NCBI GenBank assembly: GCA_003670745.1
Contig: QWQR01000002.1
Location: 1,872 to 65,871, forward strand
Length of the DNA stretch: 64,000 nucleotides
Reading direction: 5' to 3'
From: Chloroflexota bacterium
Lineage (GTDB): Bacteria; Chloroflexota; Limnocylindria; Limnocylindrales; Limnocylindraceae
The translations under genes and the position numbers were made by a program. The notes under the pieces were generated by a model. That model did not search any database, was not told the DNA's origin, and saw nothing but the letters and a program-made list of their open reading frames with translations. Positions 28,237 through 36,962 of this stretch are shown here, one piece after another (the first letter of the stretch is position 1; the number at the start of each line of letters is the position of its first letter).

Positions 28237-29576
28237 CTCTGCGCCGGCTCCTGGCGCGGGCGGCGGAAGAGCGAGAGGAGCGCCACGAGCAAAATGAAGA
28301 CGCCGACGCCAAGGAGCGTGTTCGTAGCTCCCACCGCGTCGGAGATTGGGCCCACGGCGATGATCGGCACAAAGCTGCCAAGTGAAACGAGCATGTTGAG
28401 CACACCAAAGACGCGGCCACGCACCTCGGGGGGGAGATCCTCTTGTAGCGCGGTCTGCGCCGGGATTGCCACCAACCCGTAGGCGGCACCGGCGAAGTAG
28501 GCGATAAAGATCACGGTGGCGAACGCCGAGGCGGCGGCTGAGAGCGGGAGGCCGCCAAGTTGCGTCGCCCCGTCAGAGATTGCAGCGCTGATCGGCTGCG
28601 CGAGCGCGAGGAGCGCAAGGCCAGCACCAACGCCGAAGAGGCCAAGCTCGATGAGAAGGCGTCGAGCGATCGCCTTCCCCCAACTATTCAGCACGAGGAT
28701 GCCAGTGACGACGCCGAGGCCGATCGGAAGCACGACGAGCCAGAAGTCGCGTGGCGAGAGGCCGAGCGCCGAAGAGACGTACTCGGGTCCGAGTACGCCC
28801 ATCACCCCAACGACGCTCGCAGCGATCGCAAGGTAGAGGAGCGACCAGATGACCGATCCATGGTTGTAGATGTAGCGCAGCCCCTCCATGAGCTCTGCGG
28901 TAGTGGTGCGACTCGTCTCACGCGTCTTGCCAATGATTCCGGGGGCACCGCGCGTCGCTGGAGCTGCGGGGAGCCCAAAGCAGAGCAGCCCTGCTGCAAG
29001 GAAGAGCACCGCGACGAAGATGATCCCCGCCTCTGGGCCGGCGATGCGCACGACGGCGGGGCCGAGGAGCGCAAAGCCGATGGCGAAGGCGGCGTTGAGG
29101 GTGAAGGTGAAAAGTCCGTTCGCCGAGACAAGCTGCTCGCGATGTACGACGAGTGGAATCATCGCAAGCTCCGCAGGCGAGAAGATGGTTGTCATGATGC
29201 TCGCCAAGATGTTGAGGCCGAGCACGGCGGGGAGTGAGTCGGCACTGCCGAGCATCAAGAAGAAGGCGACCGCGCGCGAGAGGTTCGCGACGATCAGCAC
29301 GAGGCGCTTGTCGAGGCGGTCGACCCAGACCCCTGCGATCGGCGAGAGGATCACCGCGGGGGCGAGGAAGCTGAGGAAGAGGAGGCTGAGCGCCGAGGCG
29401 TCGTGGTTCCGTTCGGCGACGAGAACCGTGAGGCCGTAAAGGACGACGTTTCCGCCGATCTGGGTGAGGAGCTGCGCGATCCAGAGTCGCAGGAACGGGG
29501 GGTTGCGAAGGACGCCGACATCGGGCGGCTGCGCGAAATCAGGGATCTCCTTCTCGATCCTCCCGTCGCTCGTCAT
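28233..29576 (-). CDS. MFS transporter
   Basis: About 12 predicted TM helices; MFS-type motif GVWVDRLDKR between TM2 and TM3. Confidence 0.7.
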   Translation of the reverse strand: MTSDGRIEKEIPDFAQPPDVGVLRNPPFLRLWIAQLLTQIGGNVVLYGLTVLVAERNHDASALSLLFLSFLAPAVILSPIAGVWVDRLDKRLVLIVANLSRAVAFFLMLGSADSLPAVLGLNILASIMTTIFSPAELAMIPLVVHREQLVSANGLFTFTLNAAFAIGFALLGPAVVRIAGPEAGIIFVAVLFLAAGLLCFGLPAAPATRGAPGIIGKTRETSRTTTAELMEGLRYIYNHGSVIWSLLYLAIAASVVGVMGVLGPEYVSSALGLSPRDFWLVVLPIGLGVVTGILVLNSWGKAIARRLLIELGLFGVGAGLALLALAQPISAAISDGATQLGGLPLSAAASAFATVIFIAYFAGAAYGLVAIPAQTALQEDLPPEVRGRVFGVLNMLVSLGSFVPIIAVGPISDAVGATNTLLGVGVFILLVALLSLFRRPRQEPAQS

Positions 29577-29636
29577 GCTCCCCCTTCGGCTTCACGCCAC
29601 TCGTCGGCTCTCGAGCCACTCGCCCGCTGCTCATGG

Positions 29637-29710
29637 TGCCCCCGGCCGGAATCGAACCGACGACGCCCGCCTTAGGACGGCGGCGCTCTATCCACTGAGC
29701 TACGGGGGCC
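29637..29710 (-). tRNA. tRNA-Arg (anticodon CCT), 3' CCA encoded (to 29634)
   Basis: Cloverleaf GGCCCCCGTAGCTCAGTGGATAGAGCGCCGCCGTCCTAAGGCGGGCGtcGTCGGTTCGATTCCGGCCGGGGGCA read from the reverse complement. Confidence 0.85.
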
Positions 29711-29749
29711 CAGCGCTCATGGTAGCGGAGCCCGTGGGAGAATCTAGCG

Positions 29750-30037
29750 ATGAAGGCCGCGACGATCACCCTTTACGTGCGCGCCGCGTGCCCCCTCTGC
29801 GAGGAGGCCGAGGCGACGTTGCGCACGCTCGTCGCGGAGCAGGGTGGCGACGCGATCCGCGTCGTTGACATTGAGGCTGACGCTGCGCTGCATCAGCGGC
29901 TCGTTGCGGAGATTCCAGCGATCGAGATTGGTGACCGCCTCTTGGCTAACGCGAGCGGCCGACTACGCATCGCTGCGTTCCTCGCAGCGGCCATAGAGAG
30001 CGGCGAAAGCGCAACCGACCACGCGGTGACGACGTGA
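29750..30037 (+). CDS. Glutaredoxin-like / thioredoxin-fold protein (CPLC active site)
   Basis: 95 aa with a CxxC motif in a Grx-like N-terminus; translationally coupled to ccdA. Confidence 0.55.
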   Translation: MKAATITLYVRAACPLCEEAEATLRTLVAEQGGDAIRVVDIEADAALHQRLVAEIPAIEIGDRLLANASGRLRIAAFLAAAIESGESATDHAVTT

Positions 30038-30714
30038 GCGAGGTGAGCCTCCTCGTCGCACTCCTCGCCGGGCTGCTCAGCTTCCTCTCCCCGTGCGTCT
30101 TGCCGATCGTCCCCGCCTACATCGGCCGCCTCGCTGCGCTCGCAGACGACGAGTCGCCGACACTCCACGCGATCCTCTTCACCGCGGGGTTCACGACGCT
30201 CTTCGCAGTGCTTGGTCTCGGCGCCGCGTACGCAGGTGGGGCGCTCGGTCGACTCCTGCCGAGTGTGCAGTTGCCGCTCGGCCTCGCGATGATCGCCGGC
30301 GGCCTTCACCTCGCCGGGGTGATCAGGATTCCGCTCCTTGACCGTGGCGGCGGTCGCCGTGCCGTTACGGCGCCGGGTCGCGTCGGGAGCGCCCTCCTCG
30401 GCGTCGCCTTCGCTGCGGCGTGGACTCCCTGCATCGGCATCGTCCTCGGGTCAATCCTTGCCCTCGCCGCAACGGGGAGCGACCCGCTCGGCGCCGCGCT
30501 GCTGTTGATCAGCTACGGCCTTGGGCTCGGCCTCCCGTTCATCGCGCTCGCCCTTCTTGCAGGGCGCGCCGCGCCGCTCCTTGCGCGCGCGCGTCGCTTC
30601 ACCGCACTCGGCGGGCGCCTCGGCGGTGCCCTCGTGGTCATCATCGGCGCGCTCGTCGCGTCGGGATCACTCCCAGCGCTGAGTCGGCTGCTCCCCGGCC
30701 TTGGCGGCCTCTGA
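30034..30714 (+). CDS. ccdA: Cytochrome c-type biogenesis / disulfide reductant transporter CcdA
   Basis: DsbD-beta family: LSPCVLP and AAWTPCIGIV conserved Cys pairs; 6 TM helices. Confidence 0.8.
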   Translation: MSEVSLLVALLAGLLSFLSPCVLPIVPAYIGRLAALADDESPTLHAILFTAGFTTLFAVLGLGAAYAGGALGRLLPSVQLPLGLAMIAGGLHLAGVIRIPLLDRGGGRRAVTAPGRVGSALLGVAFAAAWTPCIGIVLGSILALAATGSDPLGAALLLISYGLGLGLPFIALALLAGRAAPLLARARRFTALGGRLGGALVVIIGALVASGSLPALSRLLPGLGGL

Positions 30715-31316
30715 TGATCGGGCCATTTCGTCGTAGAACTCTTGCACTGATCCTTGGTTGCGCCGCTGCCCTGGGCCTCCTCCTCTCGCTCGCCTCAATC
30801 AGCGTGCCTACCTCAACTGTGGGGAAGCCTTCCGCTGAGGCGACGCGCTACGTGACCGATCCGAACGCAGCGGGGCCGCTCGTCGGTTCGACCTTTTCGA
30901 TCCCGCTCAATCAGCCCCTCGCCGTCGGTGGAACGTGGGGCGACCTCGTAGGGGCGAACGCAGGAGATCGCCTCGTGATCATCGACTTCTTTGCAACCTG
31001 GTGCCCCCCCTGCCAGGGGGAGACGCCAATACTCCGTTCCTTTGATCGCACCTACCGATCACGCGGCTTGCGCATCATTGGCATTGCCGTGAACGAGAGC
31101 GCCGATACCGTCGCCGCGTACGGTCGCCGCTACACGCTCGACTACGCGCTCCTCGTCGATGCCGACGGCGCACTCTTTCGCGCCGCGCAGGCGGGGGGCC
31201 TTCCAACAAAGATTCTGCTTGACGCAGCTGGACGCGTGATTGCGGTGCTGCCGCGCCCGCTCACTGCCGCGGATGGTGCAGAGCTGATCGAACCACTCCT
31301 CGCCGACGCGCCGTAG
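30714..31316 (+). CDS. TlpA/ResA-like thiol-disulfide oxidoreductase, membrane-anchored
   Basis: DFFATWCPPCQGE thioredoxin-like active site after an N-terminal signal anchor. The TGATG overlap with ccdA sets the start; the track ORF begins at 30420 in an overlapping frame. Confidence 0.75.
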   Translation: MIGPFRRRTLALILGCAAALGLLLSLASISVPTSTVGKPSAEATRYVTDPNAAGPLVGSTFSIPLNQPLAVGGTWGDLVGANAGDRLVIIDFFATWCPPCQGETPILRSFDRTYRSRGLRIIGIAVNESADTVAAYGRRYTLDYALLVDADGALFRAAQAGGLPTKILLDAAGRVIAVLPRPLTAADGAELIEPLLADAP

Positions 31317-31321
31317 GAGCT

Positions 31322-32176
31322 CTACTCGGCGATAAAGCGGAATCGATCCCCATCGGCGACGAGACGTCCGAGCGGCGCCGCGACCTCGTGACTCATCGCC
31401 ACCAGCCACTCCCCCGCCGCCGCCTCAGCGAAGATTGACGTCTTCGCGTCGACCGAGACCCACGCCTCATCGTCGTAAGCGGTGACCCAGCGTGGGTTTG
31501 ACTGCCAAGGGCGCATGAAGAGGTCGCCGAGAAAGAGGAGCGTTCGCTCGCTCCCGCGCACGATCGTTGCCTGGCTCCCCGGCGTGTGACCGCCGAGGAG
31601 GCGCAGCTCCACTCGCGCATCGGGCTCGCTCGTGCGCTCAAATGCGCGCGGTGCGTTCGCGGCAAACAGCGCACGAAGGGTGGCTGTGTCGTACGCAGCG
31701 CGAGCGCGCAGCGAACTGCTGGCAACGGCGTCGATCTCGCGCTGCGGCGCTACGACCGTTGCGCGCGGGAACGCCGCTGCGCCGCTTGCATCGGCGAGGC
31801 CACCAGCATGGTCGCGATGCAGGTGGCTCGGCACCACGAGCTCAATCGACGCGGGATCAATGCCGGCAGCGGTGAGCCCCTCGCGCGCTGAGAGCGCGTC
31901 GGTACTCGCGTCGCTGCTGCGCTCACCGGCAGGGAGAAGGCCTGTCTCAAGGAGCATGCGCCGCTCGGGGGTTGTGACGACGAGCAGGTTCAGCGCCTGC
32001 AGCAGTCGCGAGGCGTCGTCGATCTCGTTGCGCACCAGTGGCTCCCAACTGGTTCGTGGCACAGGGCCGAAGATTGTTCCTGCGTCGCTACGAAAGGTGC
32101 CGATTCGCAGCAGGTCGACGCTCACCCCGCCGAGTTCGATGCGGCGCTGCGCCTGTGCTGCGGGGGCTCCCCCCAT
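31322..32176 (-). CDS. MBL-fold metallo-hydrolase
   Basis: SHLHRDHAGG HxHxDH motif. The second ATG was chosen to avoid overlap with dcd; the track start is 32221. Confidence 0.6.
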   Translation of the reverse strand: MGGAPAAQAQRRIELGGVSVDLLRIGTFRSDAGTIFGPVPRTSWEPLVRNEIDDASRLLQALNLLVVTTPERRMLLETGLLPAGERSSDASTDALSAREGLTAAGIDPASIELVVPSHLHRDHAGGLADASGAAAFPRATVVAPQREIDAVASSSLRARAAYDTATLRALFAANAPRAFERTSEPDARVELRLLGGHTPGSQATIVRGSERTLLFLGDLFMRPWQSNPRWVTAYDDEAWVSVDAKTSIFAEAAAGEWLVAMSHEVAAPLGRLVADGDRFRFIAE

Positions 32177-32180
32177 CGGG

Positions 32181-32771
32181 CTACCGCTCGGTCTCGCGGC
32201 GCACCGCGTCGAAGTCCACATGTAGCGCCGAGGCGGTGGGCTCGCTCTGCCCCTGGTAGCGCGAGCGGAGCTCCTTGCTCCCGTACGGGCGATCGACCGG
32301 AGATGACATGCGATGGAACGAGATCTGTCCGATCTTCATTCCTGGATACAGGGCGATCGGGAGGCGTGCGACGTTGCCAAGCTCTAGCGTGAGGTTGCCT
32401 ACCCAACCCGGGTCGACGTAGCCAGCGGTGGAATGAATGAGCAGGCCGAGGCGGCCGAGCGACGACTTTCCGTCGAGGCGACCGAGCAGCTCGTTGCCGA
32501 CGGAGATGCGCTCGAGCGTCTGCCCGAGCACGAACTCTCCCGGGTGGAGCATGAACGACTCGCCATCGCCAACTCGCTCAAGCTCCGTGAGCCCCGGCTG
32601 ATCCGCGCGCGGGTCAATGTAGCCGTAGCGGTTATTACGGAAGACGCGGAAGGTGCCATCGAGGTGCAGGTCAATCGAGGCGGGCTGCACGTCGGCGGGG
32701 TCGAATGGCTCAACGGCAATGTCGCCTGCAGCGATCGCGGCGAGCAGATCACGATCGGAGAGGACGCTCAC
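32181..32771 (-). CDS. dcd: dCTP deaminase
   Basis: High similarity to Dcd throughout (GKSSLGRLGLLIHSTAGYVDPGW, GMKIGQI). Confidence 0.9.
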   Translation of the reverse strand: MSVLSDRDLLAAIAAGDIAVEPFDPADVQPASIDLHLDGTFRVFRNNRYGYIDPRADQPGLTELERVGDGESFMLHPGEFVLGQTLERISVGNELLGRLDGKSSLGRLGLLIHSTAGYVDPGWVGNLTLELGNVARLPIALYPGMKIGQISFHRMSSPVDRPYGSKELRSRYQGQSEPTASALHVDFDAVRRETER

Positions 32772-33277
32772 AGCTCCGCCTCTGCTTCAAGGCTGCGACG
32801 GCGACGCTTCCCGCCCCCCGTCTCCTTCTCGCGAAGCAGGTCGTCCACTTCACGCTTGAGCGTGGTGAGGTCGTCAAACGACTGGTAGACGCTGGCGAAG
32901 CGGATGTAGGCGATCTGGTCAATCTCGCGCAACGCGGCCATGGCGAGGGCGCCGACACGTGCCGAGGAGATCTCAGTTGCGCCGGTGGCGCGGACCTGCG
33001 CCTCGATCGCTTCGGCGGCACGCTCCGGCGCGTCGACGGGAACGGGGCGGCGCACGAGTGCACGACGCAACCCTTCGAGCAGCTTCTGCGGGTCGTATTC
33101 TTCGCGCGCGCCGGTGCGCTTCGTCACATAGAGGCGGGCGAGCTCTGGGCGCTCGTAGGTGGTGACACGGGTGCCGCAGATGCGACAGGCGCGGCGTCGG
33201 CGAATCACGCTCCCCTCATCGAGGTCGCGTGAGTCGACAACGCGCGTGTCGGGCTCCTTGCAAGATGGGCAGCGCAC
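32768..33277 (-). CDS. nrdR: Transcriptional repressor NrdR
   Basis: N-terminal Zn ribbon MRCPSCKEPDTRVVDSR...CRICGTR; ATP-cone; C-terminal K/R-rich extension. Confidence 0.9.
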   Translation of the reverse strand: MRCPSCKEPDTRVVDSRDLDEGSVIRRRRACRICGTRVTTYERPELARLYVTKRTGAREEYDPQKLLEGLRRALVRRPVPVDAPERAAEAIEAQVRATGATEISSARVGALAMAALREIDQIAYIRFASVYQSFDDLTTLKREVDDLLREKETGGGKRRRRSLEAEAEL

Positions 33278-33335
33278 CCTATCGCCTCCTCACTCCACCG
33301 CCTCTGGTGGGATCAGGGCGAGTCTACACAGCCAT

Positions 33336-33357
33336 GTGGGGGGCACTCTGCCCCCAC
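33336..33357 (-). terminator. GC-rich hairpin downstream of the mogA stop (candidate terminator of the moeA-moaC-mogA operon)
   Basis: GTGGGGGGCA-CTC-TGCCCCCAC inverted repeat ~25 nt after the mogA stop; no U-tract. Confidence 0.3.
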
Positions 33358-33382
33358 CCTGCGCCTAGCGCTCAGCCGTGGC

Positions 33383-33868
33383 TCAGCCGTGATCGACGGG
33401 GCCGGCGATCGTCTCTCGAGCGTGCTCAAGGATCGGCAAGAGGATTGCGAGCCCGTCGCGCACGGCGCCGCTCCCCCCTGGCAGGTTTACCACCAAGGTT
33501 CCGCGTGCAACCCCCGCGACGCCGCGCGAGAGGATCGCCGCAGAGGTCGAGGAGCGACCGAGCATGCGTACCGCCTCGGGGATACCGGGGATCAGGCGCT
33601 CCAGGAGCGGCAGTGTCGCCTCGGGGGTCACATCGCGCGGGGTGAGCCCTGTGCCGCCGGTGGTCAAGATCACCTCGACGCTACCGAGCCGCTCGTCGAG
33701 GAGGGCGCGGATCTGATCCTGTTCGTCGGGAACCTTCGCTCGGCTCACCGTCCAGCCGTGCGCCTCCATCGCCGCGGCGGCGAGCGTCCCAGATCGATCC
33801 TCACGTGTGCCGGCGAAGACCGAGTCGCTCACGGTGACGATCAGCACGCGGCGCTGCGGATCACTCAT
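33383..33868 (-). CDS. mogA: Molybdenum cofactor biosynthesis protein MogA/MoaB
   Basis: MoaB/MogA fold motifs (LIVTVSDS, TTGGTG). Confidence 0.8.
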   Translation of the reverse strand: MSDPQRRVLIVTVSDSVFAGTREDRSGTLAAAAMEAHGWTVSRAKVPDEQDQIRALLDERLGSVEVILTTGGTGLTPRDVTPEATLPLLERLIPGIPEAVRMLGRSSTSAAILSRGVAGVARGTLVVNLPGGSGAVRDGLAILLPILEHARETIAGPVDHG

Positions 33869-34392
33869 CGCGCGACCTCCTCGTATCGCCACTCACCACT
33901 TGCGCCGCCGCTCTTTGCGATGAGACGCGTGGGGCCGATCGAGGCGCCGCGGTCAACCGCCTTCACCATGTCGTAGATCGTGAGCGCTGCGACCGACGCG
34001 GCGGTGAGCGCTTCCATCTCCACGCCGGTCTTACCGCTGCACTGCACCTCGGCGCTGATTAGCACCGAGGATGTGGCGCGATCAACGGTGCAGCGCACCA
34101 CGATCGCTGAGAGCTCGAGCGGATGACAGAGCGGGATCAGGTCGCTCGTGCGCTTCGCCCCTTGGATCCCGGCGAGCTCCGCGGTCGCAAGGACGGGTCC
34201 CTTCGGCGCGCTCCCCGATTCAATCAAATCAAGCGTTGCGCTCGCAAGGTGCACGGCGCTTGTGGCAACGGCGCGGCGGTCAGTAATTGGCTTCGCGCCG
34301 ACGTCGACCATCGAGGCGCTCCCGTCAGAGCCCACATGCGTCAGGCGTGGGGCGACGGCCCCTTCATCGCGCGGTGTTCCATCGCCACTCAT
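33865..34392 (-). CDS. moaC: Cyclic pyranopterin monophosphate synthase MoaC
   Basis: MVDVGAKPITDRRA and LIPLCHPL MoaC motifs. Confidence 0.9.
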   Translation of the reverse strand: MSGDGTPRDEGAVAPRLTHVGSDGSASMVDVGAKPITDRRAVATSAVHLASATLDLIESGSAPKGPVLATAELAGIQGAKRTSDLIPLCHPLELSAIVVRCTVDRATSSVLISAEVQCSGKTGVEMEALTAASVAALTIYDMVKAVDRGASIGPTRLIAKSGGASGEWRYEEVAR

Positions 34393-34401
34393 GCGCGGAT
34401 C

Positions 34402-35727
34402 CTAGCGTGCCGAGCGACGCGAAGCGCGGGGGAGCGCGATCAGCGCGACCGCGTCGCCCGCGGCGAGGCGCTCACATGTTTCAGGGATGTCACCGAGGTA
34501 GTCCGCGCGCGCAAGTGCTGAGGCTTGGTGACTACCCTGCTCCTCGAGCGGCGCAACGAGGAGCGTGCCATCGGCGTCACGACGCGGCCACCCATCGGCG
34601 TCACGCTCCACAGCGAGTCGCGGAAAGGAGCGTCGAGCCGCAGGGCTCGTGAGCGGCGCGGTGAGCCTGCCGCTCAAGCGCTCTGCGGGCGCAGTGTCGC
34701 CGGCGAGGGCGCGGAGCAGCGGTACGGCGACAAGGGTGGCGGTAACGAAGGCGCTCACCGGATTGCCAGGGAGGCCGAGCGCCCATGCGGCCCCCGACCG
34801 TTCGCGCCCCTTTCCAACAAGCAGCGGCTTCCCAGGCTGGATCGCCACGCGATGCACCACCGTGTCGAAGTGGTCACTGAGCGCCGCCCCCATATAGTCG
34901 TGCGCGCCAACGCTCACCCCGCCGCTCGTCACGAGCAGATCGCAACCAGCCGCCGCCTCGCGCACCACCGCAAGAGCTTCGGCGGCGCTGTCGCCCACGT
35001 GATGGCGCGCAACGACCGTTGCCCCAGCGGCGATCATCAGCGCCTCGAGCAGCGGCCCGTTGCTGTCGGGGATCGCCACGCTTGCATCCGCTCCTGCGCC
35101 GATCTCCTCGCCGCTAGAGAGGATCACGACCCGTGGGCGTCGGCGCAAGGTACAGCGCGCCGCGCCACTCCCCGCCAGCACCCCAATCGCTGCAGGATCA
35201 AGCTCTGCACCTTCGCCAAGTAGCTGCGCACCAGTACGTACATCTTCACCGCGGCGGCGGATTGCTGCGCCAGCTCGCGCGGGGGCCGTGAACCAAACGT
35301 CCGCAGGTAGTCCAGCAGGCGATCGCTCAAGCAGCGGCGCGCCGCCCCGCGGATCACCAAGGCTCGTCGCCTCGACCACCACCACGGCGTCGGCGCCCTG
35401 CGGCATCGGCGCACCTGTGGCGATGCGCACGCAATCTCCGGGAGCAAGCACCAACTCCGCGCCGCTGCGGCCCGCAGCAGCATCGCCGATCACCTTCAGC
35501 ACCACAGGGTTCGCCGCGGTGGCTGCGGCGAGGTCGCCACTACGCACCGCCCAGCCGTCCATCGCCGATACGTCGACGCGCGGCAGATCAAACGCGGCGC
35601 TGATCGGTGCGGCGAGGTGTCGGCCGAGGAGCGCACCAACCGTCGCCTCCCGCCACTCCACATCCTCAGCAGGGAGTGCGGCAGCAGTACCGAGGATCTC
35701 GGCGAGGAGCTCGTCGAGGCGCATCAT
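34402..35727 (-). CDS. moeA: Molybdopterin molybdenumtransferase MoeA
   Basis: MoeA N-terminal, MoCF-binding and C-terminal domains. Start taken at MMRLDEL; the track ORF extends to 35820. Confidence 0.85.
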   Translation of the reverse strand: MMRLDELLAEILGTAAALPAEDVEWREATVGALLGRHLAAPISAAFDLPRVDVSAMDGWAVRSGDLAAATAANPVVLKVIGDAAAGRSGAELVLAPGDCVRIATGAPMPQGADAVVVVEATSLGDPRGGAPLLERSPAGLPADVWFTAPARAGAAIRRRGEDVRTGAQLLGEGAELDPAAIGVLAGSGAARCTLRRRPRVVILSSGEEIGAGADASVAIPDSNGPLLEALMIAAGATVVARHHVGDSAAEALAVVREAAAGCDLLVTSGGVSVGAHDYMGAALSDHFDTVVHRVAIQPGKPLLVGKGRERSGAAWALGLPGNPVSAFVTATLVAVPLLRALAGDTAPAERLSGRLTAPLTSPAARRSFPRLAVERDADGWPRRDADGTLLVAPLEEQGSHQASALARADYLGDIPETCERLAAGDAVALIALPRASRRSAR

Positions 35728-36422
35728 CGTCGTGGGGCAACGAACCTGCGACCGATCACGAACGCAGCGCAACCGGCGCCAACGAGGGCGACGCAAAAGG
35801 CGAGCGCCGCAGCAATCCAAAAGGCGTCGGGGTAGAGCAGCACGAGCCGATCGGTCGCGGGGTTAAACGTCCAGGTGCCGGCCGCAAAGAGGAGCCCATG
35901 AAAGAGGGTGAAGGTCGCCTCAAACGCCACCGTAAAGGCGAGGCCCGCAGCCGCGGCAGCGCCCGCGAGGAGCAGCGCACCATCGCGAAGGGCCTCCCCT
36001 AACCGCAACCGCCCAGCCCCCGTTGCCGTGCCGCCGGAGCGCAGGATCGTCGTAACGAGGAGCACGCCCCCCAGCAGTCCAATTGCAATCACCGCGCGAA
36101 GCAGCGCACCGACATCGACGAGGTGGCTTCGCTCAGCGGCGCTGAGCAGCGCCTCGCCGTTGTACGGCACGCCAAAATCACCGCCGCGCAGCAGGTCGAA
36201 CACGAGCGCATCGGAGAGCTGATGGGCGGTGGCCGCATCGCTGCCGAGCACGGCAGGCGCGCCGCTCAGATCAAGCAACAGGTGCACGACTGGTGGCAGT
36301 AAAAAGATGAGAACTGCAGCGGCGAGGAGGAGCGCTGCGACCGCCGCCGCGAAGAGAAGCCGCACGAGTGCCCCCCGAACGGCGATCACGCCTCGACGAG
36401 GACCTGGCCCTGCTCCCACCAC
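35724..36422 (-). CDS. Integral membrane protein of unknown function (TIGR01906/DUF1461-like)
   Basis: Multi-TM hydrophobic protein; weak resemblance to the TIGR01906 family; start uncertain. Confidence 0.3.
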   Translation of the reverse strand: MVGAGPGPRRGVIAVRGALVRLLFAAAVAALLLAAAVLIFLLPPVVHLLLDLSGAPAVLGSDAATAHQLSDALVFDLLRGGDFGVPYNGEALLSAAERSHLVDVGALLRAVIAIGLLGGVLLVTTILRSGGTATGAGRLRLGEALRDGALLLAGAAAAAGLAFTVAFEATFTLFHGLLFAAGTWTFNPATDRLVLLYPDAFWIAAALAFCVALVGAGCAAFVIGRRFVAPRR

Positions 36423-36775
36423 GAGCGCACTGCAAGGCGGTCAGGAACTGCGTAGTGAAGATCGGTCGCGGCGCGCAGCACCGCCGACTCGAACGCCTCC
36501 CACGCTGTGGCCGCGAGCGCCGTCACCCCCGTGATGCCGATCTGCGCGAGCAGCTCGTGTTCCGTGGGGCCAAAGAAAGCAAGGTTCAAAAGGAGCGCCT
36601 CATCGCGCCACTCCGCCACATCGGCCGGGCTCGCATCGGTCTGGTCGGCGAGCGTCTGGCGCCGCGTCGGCGTCTCAGTGCGCTCGAGCAGCAGCCCCGT
36701 CGTGAAGAGGCCGTGCGCCTGCAGCCGTGCCAAGTGCACCGGCTCGATCCGCGTGAGCTGCTCAATCGCTGGCAT
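36386..36775 (-). CDS. DUF4332 domain-containing protein
   Basis: [12 protein letters not shown]...[10 protein letters not shown] pattern with conserved Trp residues. The track ORF extends to 36880 and would overlap tRNA-Pro, so the internal ATG was chosen. Confidence 0.45.
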   Translation of the reverse strand: MPAIEQLTRIEPVHLARLQAHGLFTTGLLLERTETPTRRQTLADQTDASPADVAEWRDEALLLNLAFFGPTEHELLAQIGITGVTALAATAWEAFESAVLRAATDLHYAVPDRLAVRSWWEQGQVLVEA

Positions 36776-36838
36776 GTGACCTCCTTCGCTAAGCGTAGCG
36801 CGCGGAACCGAGGACGTTGTGCGGTGCAGAAGTTGTGG

Positions 36839-36912
36839 TCGGGGCGACAGGATTCGAACCTGCGACCTCTTGCACCCCATGCAAGCGCGCTACCAAGCTG
36901 CGCTACGCCCCG
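36839..36912 (-). tRNA. tRNA-Pro (anticodon GGG), 3' CCA encoded (to 36836)
   Basis: Cloverleaf CGGGGCGTAGCGCAGCTTGGTAGCGCGCTTGCATGGGGTGCAAGAGGtCGCAGGTTCGAATCCTGTCGCCCCGA read from the reverse complement. Confidence 0.8.
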
Positions 36913-36962
36913 ACGCCGACCCAAGGGTCGGATCGGGAGTCTACCAGCCCCTTAGGGACTCC

